Positions 9,911-21,189 of a DNA stretch of 32,000 nt are shown one piece after another (the first letter of the stretch is position 1; the number at the start of each line of letters is the position of its first letter). The translations under genes were made by a program, and so were the position numbers. The DNA comes from Wallemia ichthyophaga EXF-994 (Eukaryota; Fungi; Basidiomycota). The notes beneath the pieces are model-generated. The model ran no database searches. It worked only from the letters and a program-made list of their open reading frames with translations, and was not told where the DNA came from. The stretch covers positions 120,001 through 152,000 of the forward strand of contig NW_008806295.1 in the NCBI RefSeq assembly GCF_000400465.1, in the 5' to 3' direction.

Positions 9911-11858
9911 ATGTACTCTTCCGCTTCGTCTTCGAGAAGGCCTTCTTCGGTGTGTAAAATGCGGCGATTAAGCTGAGAAGTGCGAGTTAACACGCGCTTT
10001 CCAGGAATTCAAACTCCTCGATGCTGAGAATGGCCAAAACGACAGTCCTGCGACCACAAACCGCAGATTCGGTCCATCTTCTGCGTGGAAAAAGTGGGCT
10101 CTCGGTGCATCAGTAGCCCTGTTCGTAGTGGTTTTACTCTCTAGGGAAAATCCAGGCATTACTGTGACCAATTCTACTAGTCCTCTTTCTCTCAGTGCGT
10201 TTAAATGTTATCCCCCACAATCCCACTGACTTCATTCCGAAGGCGATCAAACCAATAATGATCAACTTAAAATCGAAAAGCCTAACTTCGATCTTCCAAA
10301 TGCTGGTGTCCAGGATCCTCTTATCGATGTCACCAAAGACCAGTCCATCAAGCACGACGGCCCTTTCGCCGAAGCCGAGGCTAAGCTACCCGATCATCTC
10401 GACTACATGTCTGCCGATCAGACCTTCCCCGATTATAACGAGGAAGCGTCTTCAGATTCTGACTTTCCTACGAGCTTCGAGCAAGACAGTGACCCTTCCT
10501 CTTCAGTCGCATGTGATTCACCACATACAGACGCAGTAGCCAAAGGCAGGCCAATCGTTCAGTACGTCGTCATGATCGATGCTGGCTCTACGGGCTCCAG
10601 AGTTCACGCATACAAGTTCAACAACTGCCACAGCACTCCTCAACTGGAGTACGAGACTTTCAAGACGACGGAGAAGGGTCAAGGTTTGTCTAGCTTTGCT
10701 GGGAATCCTCTCGGTGCCGCCAAGTCTCTTGAACCTCTGCTTAACGAGGCTGTCAGGGTCATTCCAGACGAGTTGCACTCTCTTACTCCCGTCGCTGTGA
10801 AGGCTACTGCGGGCTTGAGAATCTTAGACACCAAATACGGCTCTAATGCCAGCAAGGAGATTCTGGACGCTGTTCGTAACCACCTTGTCACCAATTATCC
10901 ATTCAGCGTCAGTGACAGACCGGGGGATGTCTCAGTTATGGATGGCAGTGATGAGGGTGTGTACGCTTGGATTACAGTTAACTATCTACTCGGGAGAATT
11001 GGTGCAGATGTCGACAATAGTGATACTCCAACTGTCGCTGTTATGGATCTCGGTGGTGCTTCTACTCAAATTGTCTTCGAGCCAATGTCTAAACAATCCA
11101 ATGCGACTCCTTTAGCAGATGGTGACCACAGATATACTCTGACTTACGGTGGCAAAGAACACATACTCTACCAACACTCATATTTGGGTTACGGATTAAT
11201 GCAAGCACGGAGATCAGTACACAACCTCGTCGCTTATCTCTACGAATTTGGTAATGTTTTAGTGCCATCCTGGGACAAATGGGACGAGAATGTCAAAGTA
11301 CCTAACCCATGTATATCACGAGGTAGCTCTAAGGTGGTGACATTAGACCCACCAGGCAAAGCACCAGTGAACGTAACGATGGTTGGTTCATCGAATGGCT
11401 GGGATGCATGCAACAGAGTAGTAGAGTTGGTAATGGCGAAGGATGCAGTGTGTGAGGTACAGCCATGCTCTTTCAACGGTGTCTATCAGCCATCATTGAT
11501 GGAAAATTTCGATGGGCCTTTACTCGCAATGTCATACTTCTATGATAGATTGTCACCACTTGGTATAAACAGCAAGTCTGCTTCATTTGCTAGAGGAGAT
11601 ATACAAAAAATGGCATCACATTCATGCAAAGGACAGCAGAATTGGGAGACGTATTGGAGCGGTAATACTGAGGCACTGGCAGTCCTTCACGACAAACCTG
11701 ACATGTGCTTGGATTTGACATTCATGAATGGATTGCTAGGATTAGGGTACGAACTAGGACCACAAAGACAGATCGGTACAGGTAAGAAAATTGATGGTGT
11801 TGAGCTGGGATGGACATTGGGTGCATCGATCGCAGTTCTCGACGCTTCTTCGCTTTAG
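9911..11858 (+). CDS. GDA1: Golgi guanosine diphosphatase (GDA1/CD39 NTPDase), type II membrane protein, about 614 aa
   Basis: All five apyrase conserved regions are present: IDAGSTGSR, KATAGLR, MDGSDEGVYAW, DLGGASTQ, LGWTLGA. The N-terminal exons lie upstream of the ORF-track start: ATG 9911, introns 9950-10004 and 10195-10242. They add a cytosolic tail and TM anchor (KKWALGASVALFVVVLLS). The spliced length is 1845 nt. Confidence 0.93.
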
Positions 11859-11861
11859 TTG

Positions 11862-11892
11862 TTTTACTTCTTTTCCTTTTTCTTTTTTTTTT
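11862..11892 (+). repeat. Polypyrimidine / poly-T tract immediately after the GDA1 stop
   Basis: The tract ttttacttcttttccttttt ctttttttttt is read directly. It probably belongs to the GDA1 3' end or the NIPA promoter. Confidence 0.6.
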
Positions 11893-12011
11893 CAATTCCT
11901 ACTAGAGGACAATTGATTGCCATATACAAATCACAAATGACAGTTTTTACAGTTTTCACGTTTCTATTCAACTATCTTGTACTTTCTATTCATCTAACGT
12001 CATCAGTTGAT

Positions 12012-13192
12012 ATGCAATTGAGCGTGATCGTCCTGCTGGTAACAATATGCTCGGCAGTACAGAGCTTGGGTTTGACAATGCAGCGCAAATCACATATAGA
12101 CAGTTCTAGTTGGTGGGTTGGTGGGTATATGCACTGACACATGTAACGCAGCAACGCAGTCGCAGCCAATGGCTTATCGGATTCACGCTTTATCTAGTTT
12201 TCAATGTTTTAGGAACTATCATACAGCTAGCCAGCTTGCCTTTGATAGTGCTTGCGCCGTTGGGAGCGATATCATTACTCCCGAATGTTGTCTTCGCGCG
12301 AGTGCTGCTTAAGGACAAGAGGAGAGAACTGCTTCAAGGGATAGTGTTGATAGTTATCGGAGCAACTCTGATTGCGTATCATTCAGATGTCACACCCGAG
12401 CAACACCTCAGCTACGATAGACTTATGGAGCTGTTTAACAGGAGTGTGAATCAGGCGTATCTCGCAATCCAATCTCTGGCAACACTTGCAGCATTAGGAG
12501 TTGCCCACATTTGGGATAGGAGTCGTACGCAGTCGGCAGCTGAAGCAACACCGCTGATTGGTGAAGATAGAAAAGCTCGATACAATGGACCGGCTGTTTT
12601 ATTTGCATCGTGTAGTGGCGTACTCAGTGGAATGTGTTTACTACTGGCTAAAGGTGGTATTGACGGGATAATTGAAAATTCCGAGTGGAGGGTTTTGCTA
12701 CACTGGCAGATTGGGCTGCTGCTTGCGGTATTAGCAATAGCAGCAGTGGTTCAACTCTATTACCTCAACCTAGCACTCAAATGCAGCGATCCATCGCTGA
12801 TTTCTCCGCTGGCATTCTGCTTCTACAACGTCTCATCAATTTTGAATGGATTGGTGTTCTTTGATCAGTACTCGCATACTTCCACAACTGATCTTATGAC
12901 TATATCAGCAGGTACAGTCACTCTACTCGTCGGAGTTTGGATTGTTAGTGGCAATGGAGACAACATGGATCAAGCGGGGAACTTGAGGAACTCAGGGCAT
13001 TCGGAGTATTCGGAACATTTAGCGCATACAGAGCACCCTATTGAAACCAATATGCAACACTCCCCACCAATTTCCCCAATTCAGGGTTTTAGTATTGGGA
13101 TCAGTGCCAATTCGCCTGGATTTGCTTTTAAAGAACAAACACGGCAAATCAGCTTAATTAAAAGTATTACGAACATGTTTAAAGCTAAATAG
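12012..13192 (+). CDS. NIPA-family (magnesium transporter / DUF803) membrane protein, about 377 aa
   Basis: QSLGLTMQRKSH..WLIGF..IIQLASLPLIVLAPLGAISLLPNVVFARVLL, SGVLSGMCLLLAK, QLYYLNLALK, PLAFCFYNVSSILNGLVFFDQY. One intron from 12113 to 12159 or 12165. A further upstream in-frame ATG at 11937 is possible. Confidence 0.88.
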
Positions 13193-13224
13193 TTTTGTAT
13201 TCTCATCCTTCAAATCACTCCGCG

Positions 13225-15424
13225 ATGTCATTCGATAGCCGCAGGAAAGCATTACTGCGAAATCTGACTGAAGTACTTGATAAAGTGGGTAATCGATAAA
13301 GCTCAAATTTCATCCATCTTAAACGCCTTCAAGATCACCGGAACCAAGACGCTCATCCTCCATCCCGATCTGGCTGGACCGCTAGGATTAATAGCCCAAG
13401 TTTCAACACTTAAGGTGGGGAATTAGCACTTTATCGATGTAATTAAACATCTACACAGCATCACGGCGTCGATAAGCTTTTCTGGCTCGAGAAAGGCGTA
13501 CTGAGGTCATCGACTACCAACCTCGTTTACTTTAGCAGACCAAGCGTCGCAGCGAATAGTTTAATTATACAGCAGATTCTACAATCTTCAGATGAATACC
13601 ATGAGTACTTCATCATTTCCATTCCATCATCCACAAAACTCCTCCAACGCCAATTGAGCGACGCAGGCCTGCTCGATACAGTCACGCTGCTAGAATTTCA
13701 ATCTGGCTTTATCCCTATAGAGGATGATCTATTGTCTTTGGAATACGAGAATAGCTATGTCGATTACTTCCTCAACGGCGATTCTAGCTTATTATACGAC
13801 TCTAGTACAGCTATTTTAACCTTAGAAAAAGAGTTTGGCGCGTTTCCCATCGCTGTGGGCAAAGGTAAAGCAGCAGAGGTGCGTTTTTGGCTTATACAAG
13901 TCTACACTTTCCACACGCTCACGCCGCCAAGGAACTCATTCCACTGATAAAGAGGCGAAGAATGGAAGAACATCTTTTGCACTCTGATAACAAGAGGGAA
14001 GTAGAGAATCTCAATCACGCGTCTAGCACGTTCGACGCTCTCGTCGTTGTCGACAGATCAACAGATTTGATTACACCAATGTGCATTCAACTCACCTATT
14101 TAGGGCTGATCGACGAGTATATTGGAGTTAAAAACGGTTAGATGGCTTTGCTGCTCTTAAACCACACTTACATCATCCCAGCACATGTAGAAGTAGATGC
14201 GTCTTTGATAGAGGGCACCCAGCCCAACAACACACCTTCCACGTCCGCACTCAGTGCAAAGAAGAAGAAGAAACATCTTTTATCGACATTTACTGATCCC
14301 GTTTACGAGGAGCTACGCGACATCAATTTCTCGCAAATAGGCGTATACCTTAACAAGATTGCTAAAACTATTGATCAGAGGTATAAAGTGGGTAGAGTAT
14401 TTGTGATGGGGTAATGTACTAACAAATACATTAGGACAGACACACCGCCAATACCGTCAAAGAAATTAAGGATTTCGTTGGCAGGCTTGGTGGTTTGCAG
14501 TCAGAGCACCAGAGTCTGCAGTTACATACTGCCCTATCTGAGCTGTTGCTTGAGTTTACCAAGAGCGATACTTTCGGCGCAGTACTTGAAGTGCAACAGA
14601 GTATGCATCGTTTATAGTGTACACCCTAATGCTAACGACAGCCATATAGATCTATTAGCCGGGTACGAATTTCAATCGCAGATTTCAGCCATCGAGGGAC
14701 TGATATATGAAGAGGCTCCAATACACAACGTACTCCGCCTGATAGTCTTAGGTCACATTTGTGACGGCAACATCAAGAGCAAGACTATGGAACAACTCAA
14801 AGGGGAAATTTTGCAAGTAAGTATTTGCTGCATATTAATTCTAAATCTCAATTAAAATTTCCAGACATACGGATACCAATACCTAACCCTACTTATTACC
14901 CTAGAAGAGCATATCCTCGCACACAACCACTCTTTCTCGCAGATACGCAAATATTTCGCACTCTTTGTCGAGGATGTCAATGAGGCCAAACCGAACGATA
15001 TTAGTTACGCTTACTCGGGTTACGCACCATTGTCGCTAAGGATAGTGCAGTGTGCAGCTCAAAAGTCAGCTGTAAAGAGCCCCCTACCTGACTCCACAAT
15101 TCAATCCAAGGCTAACAACATTGATTCTTTTGGTGGATTCACTGATTCACTCAAGTTTGTCAAAGGTGGTATCGTACAAGACAGATTCGATGGTTTACCC
15201 AAAGAGGACAATGGTGGTATGAAAAAAACCCTAGTCTTTTTCGTCGGTGGTGTCACATTCGCTGAAATTGCGGCATTAAGATTGATGTCTAGTCAAATTA
15301 AAGGTTTGTATGGTGCTCATAAGACCTAATGAAACTAAACACTCAAATAGACCGCGATTTTGTCGTCGCTACAACTGATATCCTGAACTCCAAAACACTC
15401 CTCACACAACTTTCAAACAGCTAG
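13225..15424 (+). CDS. VPS33: Sec1/Munc18-family vacuolar sorting protein Vps33, about 605 aa, 9 exons
   Basis: KTLILHPDLAGPLGL..HGVDKLFWLE, FIPIEDDLLSLE, VDRSTDLITPMCIQLTYLGLIDE, DISYAYSGYAPLSLRIVQ and VFFVGGVTFAEIAALR. Eight GT-AG introns of 44-53 nt (first 13285-13333, last 15304-15350). The spliced length is 1818 nt. Confidence 0.95.
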
Positions 15425-15581
15425 AAAATATGTATGCTATGTGATGTTTATATGCCTTGAAATTTAAAACTTTATAAATAGTTGAAAAGAGGTGGTTGAA
15501 AAAATTATCCTTTATGTAACTTATTGTGCTTACGTTGATTGAAATTGAGTGAAACTTATACATAATGTTCGTCAGCTCGTA

Positions 15582-18500
15582 TCAGAGGAAAGGTACTTGA
15601 TTCATTTCCCTTGTTGCTAAAATATCCTCATCAAAGTCATCTTCCATCTCCTCTCCGATTGACGTAGTCGATCTCTCGCCCATGCTGTTTGACTTGTTGA
15701 CAATACCTGAGTTATTAAAAGTAAGATCATCCACGTCATTGGTATCATATTCATGCTCCTCCTCGTCGTCGTCTTCGTCTTGGTCGTCATCACTATCTTC
15801 ATCCTCCTCCTCCTCCTCCTCAGATAAAACAAAATCAGATACTGGGGAAGTAGCTCTACTAAATCTGGCGTCAGGTGACGATGCTCTACTCTTTCTACTC
15901 TTCTTTTCTGGGTCGTCTTGAGCGGTGCTTATTGGACTAGTAGCAGTACTCCCTCTTCTACTCAAACTCGATGCTAGAGAGCTAGGCCAGAACATCCCCA
16001 ACTTCGAAGTAGTACTCTGATCACTGCGTGTGCTGAGTGCTGGGCTAGGTGGTGACAAATCAGGTAGCTCCACATCAGGTATGGCCGGCTTCCAGTAGTT
16101 GAAATCTGTGAAAGCAGGCTCAAATGCGTTGTTGATAGACGGGAACATTTGGTCTACCAAATCTGTCATATGAATGTAGGAGGATTTATATCCTGCCAAT
16201 TCCAGTAACTCCATCTTCACTTCACCGAAACTATCGATAGTGAATATCCTAGATGACGGGACATTCACTGATCTGTATGACATGGCATCTGTAATACGGT
16301 TACCGAAACCAGCATAAAAAGGATTCTTCTTATCAAATACTCTCTGTATATCCCGCAACGCTGCCATTTTGAACACTTCAGGTTTACGCATAATCACTTC
16401 GCGGTGGAGTGACGCCATCAATCTATCTGGTGACATGATAACTGGACCGTCAGGTAGCTGATGATCTTTTTGTCGGATCCCTTTCAAATATTCCCGCGTT
16501 GTGTCAGCTTGGCCTATTGCTCGTGATGTTAAGTAGAGTATTTGGTAGCCGTTTTGAGCTATGTCGGTGTAGAGTTTCGCGACGCCGATATGCGTCCAGT
16601 CACGACCTATCATAGTGAACACATGTCCCAAAGTATCAGATCTGTTTCGCGTTAATATTAAAAAAACAAAGGATTGACGAGGTTCTCTTACGCACTTTGT
16701 TATTGTACCGTCGATATCAGATATTACAACCTGGTCCGTAGAATTCCAGTAGAATATTCTAGCAGTAGCCATAGCGACACCAGAATAGCTACTGTTGACG
16801 GAGAAGGTGATGTTGTTTACACCTTTCTTCAAATTAAGTGACTTGAGTTGATTAGAAGTGAGACGTAATGTTTTAGCGTAGTGTTTCTTATCCTTTTCCG
16901 GTGCAGCTTGTTGATTTCGTGGTTTTTGTTCCTCATTTTCATTCTTTTGCGCTTGAGATGCAGCCGTTGCAGCAAGATCAGGATCAGACTTTGCCTTTGA
17001 CCACCACCTCGACCAGCCACTTTCACTCATTCGTGGTTGATGCATAGGTTTCTTACTAACATCTACATCAGTGTCGTCTTTATGACCGGCGAAAATAGGT
17101 TCAATTAAAGATCTTCTGTAGATAGCCAACGATGCAATGACAGGTGCTGAGGAGAACCAATCGAGGTAGCTATTGTTGTACCTACATACCAATCCCTTGC
17201 TATCGACGATATTCACATCACTGATAAACTTCTCGAAAGAGATTTTGTTCTTCTCGAACTGCTCACTGTCGATTTCGTCCTGTTTGTGATTGAAAACTGC
17301 TATTTCGAACACATGCTTGACATTCTCCATCTCGAGTACAAACTGATGTTGATTTTCACCGCATTTCAATGTTGGTCTTGGTTTGGATGCACTGGTGCTA
17401 GCGTTGTCCTCAGATTTAGTCGGTATGTGGTTAAAACCAAGGGATGTTTTCTCAACAGCAGGTGTAGCTTGTGTTGAACGTGTTGGGAAACCACCCCATT
17501 CCCATGTGTATTCTTCTTCAGGAGGTTGATTGGAGTTTGTTTTGGATAATGACAAACCATGTAGACTATTCTTGAGCTGCTCAACATCAAAATTATCTTG
17601 ATTAGGTGCAACGTAATTGTCACTGCCATTATTTATAATATCCTGGTCGTCGACGCCATCTATATCATCAATATCTTTGTGTGCCTTGTGCCTCTGCTTA
17701 GTTGGAGCAAGAGAAAAGTTCTTCCCATGTGCAGACGTCAGTAAATCATAACCAAAAGTCGCCAAAGCGAGATCCTCAGGTGTACGACTACCCGATCTCT
17801 CTTGCTCGACGTCGCGATGCAAAGCCTCTCTAACCGTATCCGCTTCAGGTTCAAATTCACCACTACGATTGTCTATATCGTCATAAGAGTCCTCGTTGGA
17901 CTGCTTGTATCCTTCTGAATCAAGTACGACGTCATTTGCATATACAACGGAAGGACCTTTAGCTTCGTATTGAGGAAGGTACTTATCGGAAGGCTCTTCG
18001 TCCCTTTCGAAAGTGTTGACGTCTAATTTCGAAGGTTGCGACCGCTTGAGCTTACTTCCGGGGAAATTGCCGACTTGTGCAGCGCCGCCAACGAGAGCGG
18101 TACCGACTTTAGAGACGGCGGAGGCGGCGTCATGAATAACACCGGAGCCTTGGTTGTCGTCTTTGTTGTTATCGTCAAGTTGAGATTCGTTGGGGTTAAG
18201 GGTGAGTGGCTCGGGTTCTTCAGGGGAGTCTAAGTCGTGGATGAGGTTTTGATCTATAGCCTGAGGTAAGGGGCTGACAGGTACGCTGTTTTCATTCTGA
18301 TCAATCGGAGAAATGATTGGGGATGTCTGTAAGTCCTCTGGGACATCAATATCCGTTTCAAAGACGAAGAAAGCTTCACCAGCATCACCAACTTTCATAG
18401 AATACTCTATAGGTGTTTCTGAGTCATTCAGGTGCAGCGTAACCTGGAAAAAACTCAATAAACGCAATTCACTGATACGAAATCCAACCAACCTTCTTCT

Positions 18501-18690
18501 CAGCTGCTCTGAGTACACTGAGTTTACCGAATCTAACGTGAAAAGGAGTACACGCTAGCTCAATTCCATCTGGTTCCTCTGGATTATCCCTTTGTACAAC
18601 GATAACGTCAATTGCACCAGTCAGCGTCGAGGGATTTATATCTTTGTAATAATTCAAAGCTGATGTTAGAGCTCTGGCGACGAAAGCCAT
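15582..18690 (-). CDS. PAH1: Lipin / phosphatidate phosphatase (Pah1/Ned1), about 1001 aa
   Basis: N-LIP domain ([36 protein letters not shown]). HAD C-LIP domain with [26 protein letters not shown] and [11 protein letters not shown], plus an acidic tail. Introns at 18492-18444 and 16695-16642. Confidence 0.97.
16642..16695 (-). other. 54-nt in-frame, stop-free intron in PAH1
   Basis: GTGCGT...TTAAC...CAG. Removing it restores the conserved [10 protein letters not shown]. The ORF track translates it as [18 protein letters not shown]. Confidence 0.9.
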
Positions 18691-19213
18691 AACTTGTGCG
18701 TTTTTGGGTATATTACAATGACGGTTGCTGTTGAAAGGTGCTTATCGCACGGGAAATTAACCGACAAGATTCATTTAAGAACGTGCAAATATATTTTGTA
18801 TTATTTCCTTTGATGGCGTTTCAATACATTTTCAAATTCTCTAATTTCCCGCGTACCCGGTTTGACAGTTGATTCACCGGATATCCTGTCAAACCATGTC
18901 TCATACGTCATTTGGCAACTTGAACGACAGTATACGCAGTTCAGGCAGTGTTGACAGCATCCACACGCTATAAATATTTTATGCACGTCTTACCTAATTC
19001 GTATCTCTTTGCGCTGTCGTGTATTAATCAAAAATATTTTAGCTGTACAATGGAACCTTAAGTTGCTATAGAAATAAAAAACGTGGACAAGTAATTCTTT
19101 TTCTTCAATGTAATACTATTTTTGGCAGAGCATTGAACTGCTGTATTACGTGAAAATTTGCTGCGAATATTAAACGAGTTGATGTAATTACGCTTTTACT
19201 TATAAAGCGACGC

Positions 19214-20847
19214 TTAAGAAACGTGATGTTCAGCTGTTTGTCCTGTTAATAAACCCTCATACGACATCATCTACCCAACTCACTTTGATGTTGAACTTGA
19301 ATCTTGACAGGATCGAATGGGTTAGATCCATTTCCGCCATTAGCTGGCTGCTCTGATCTATACAGCGACTCCTCGTCATCCTTGTCTTCTGTGTTGTACG
19401 AGTTCTGTCCATGATCGTTGAGTTGCTCTTCATTGACATCTGCAAGTGTCCCGACAAAGTCTGTTGAGAACTCATTCATTTTGTAAGATCCGAATGTCGT
19501 TGTTTGAGGCTGTGCTGCATTTCCGCGACGGTTAGTTCCACCAATGGTAACAACTGGACCTGGTCCGCGCGAATTGGATCTGTCCTTTGATGATGTCGAT
19601 CCTGCACCAGTGGTATCGTCAAGAGCGCGTAATGAAAGAACCAATCTGCAACCCCTGTTGATTGTGTCAGTGTGCCGTTGTGTCTCGGCTGGGTGAGAGA
19701 CACTCACATAATCGCTGTAAGGGCAATTGCTAGGGTTGAGTTGGCTGCCTTGATATTGTCTGGTGTGACCAAGTAGCTGTGAAATAATCAGTCTTAGCCC
19801 TTGCAAGCTCGATCCTTTTCCAACTTACAACTGTACGTGCCTTAGTTTCAAATGTCTTTTGGAAATTAAAGACGACTCACAATCATGTTTATCAGGTTAA
19901 TTCCGAAAATAATAGAGAAATAGAGCAATCCGTCTCTCAAGAATACCTTTGCGATCTTGGACCTCGAATGGGCACGATTGAGCGCGAGTTTAGCAATCGT
20001 CATCAGAACGACAATTGCGTCAAAGATAAGTGGAACAATCCAATAGGCGGTTGTGAGCGGGTGTGTACCAGTTGAAATGCAACCCATCTCCAGCGTACCA
20101 AATCCTTGAGGGAATTGAACAGGTTCATAGAGGGCAGCCGCAGCGGCCATGATGGCTGCTTCGACTAATAAACAGAATAATAGCGGAATTAGAACGTATA
20201 ATTTCTGTGATCGATGATAAGCTTTGTTCCTGCGGACGTTACTCATTGCGCACGAACCTTTCCCCAAAGTGCCCAAACACGGATAAGAAGAATGGCTTCA
20301 GTTGAAATGACAGTAATGAGCGCAATACCCTAAACATCGTGTTAGAGGCTTTTTGTGCTGCGGGATTTGGACCGACGGGTTCAATTTTAGCATAGGTTTC
20401 ACACTGTGAATCAGATAGATACTGGTAGTGGAAACCGAAAGCTGTTTCTTGTCAATGCCGCTGTGTTGGTATATCTTTAACCCACTAATCAAAGTAACTG
20501 AGATGACTGCAGAGTATCGGGTCTTTTTGAATCAATTAGTTAGTTAATGCAGTTAATAAAACCACATACAATGAAATAAAGCACTTTGACAATAGACCAA
20601 GGTGCCTTCCATATTCTGCGGTACTAACCGAATATCAGCGAACGTTCTGGGACAATGCTATATAGTTGAGTCACCTCTAAATGGATGGTGGTGAGAATAT
20701 CCCACAGAAGCACGGCCATAGCGGCCGCGTCGTACGCTCTGAGAGCGTTCATTTGAAAACGCCTGGCGAATCAAGTTAGATAGCGTCTTCTTTTCTTAAA
20801 AACGCAACGAACGCAAGATCGAGCGCTGGAGGCACAGTATCAGCCAT
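19214..20847 (-). CDS. DUF6533-type fungal multi-pass (about 7 TM, GPCR-like topology) membrane protein, about 378 aa, 11 exons
   Basis: Spliced product: MADTVPPALDLARFQMNALRAYDAAAMAVLLWDILTTIHLE-YRRIWKAPWSIVKVLYFI-TRY..-GIALITVISTEAILLIRVWALWGK-KLYVL..LRDGLLYF..NLINMI-F-YLVTPDNIKAANSTLAIALTAIM-GCRLVLSLR..VTIGG..HQTEHHVS. Ten GT-AG introns of 44-53 nt give 1137 nt. The WD..T..E..IW..YF.RY, RVWALW, LRDG..YF and RL.L.LR patterns match this basidiomycete family from memory. Confidence 0.8.
19829..19830 (-). other. Predicted 2-nt micro-exon (TT)
   Basis: The minus strand reads ..CTAAGGCACGTACAG | TT | GTAAGT.. It is flanked by a 50-nt intron (19880-19831) and a 52-nt intron (19828-19777), each with a donor, a branch-like motif and an acceptor. 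It is needed to keep the last hydrophobic helix in frame. Confidence 0.7.
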
Positions 20848-21124
20848 CAGTTTACTTTTTCGGTGGTGAACGTCTTGAATGAACCTTGACTGGTATTTGG
20901 TTGTCAAAAGGATAGGGTACTAAATTTGGTGACAAGATCGCGGAGCTACGGCTGCGTGATTCAGAGGACGCTTTGGCCGCGACTGCAGTTAGTAGCTCAT
21001 ACGTCCTTTTCCAGCTTAAAACAACGCCCTTCCCGGCATCACATTCATTCGTTCATTTGACAGTTTCTGTTATCACATTCCTTTTGGAGGAAAATTTTCG
21101 GCCAATTCGAACGTACCTAGAAAA

Positions 21125-21130
21125 TATAAA
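21125..21130 (+). promoter_or_regulatory. Probable TATA box of the phenol monooxygenase gene
   Basis: TATAAAAG lies about 60 nt upstream of ATG 21190 and is followed by a pyrimidine-rich stretch. Confidence 0.5.
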
Positions 21131-21189
21131 AGCGTAAACTTCTCTTTCAGGATAACCATATCATATACAATAACCAAGTTGTGAACAAG

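Noticed and set aside
15754-15820. TCC/TCG/TCA triplet runs here, at 4140-4210 and at 29820-29870
   Set aside because: They encode ordinary acidic low-complexity tracts in PAH1, GCN2 and LSB6, not independent repeats.
18469-18518. ORF-track start of the 978-aa lipin ORF
   Set aside because: It begins out of frame in exon 1 and reads through intron 1. The real start is ATG 18690.
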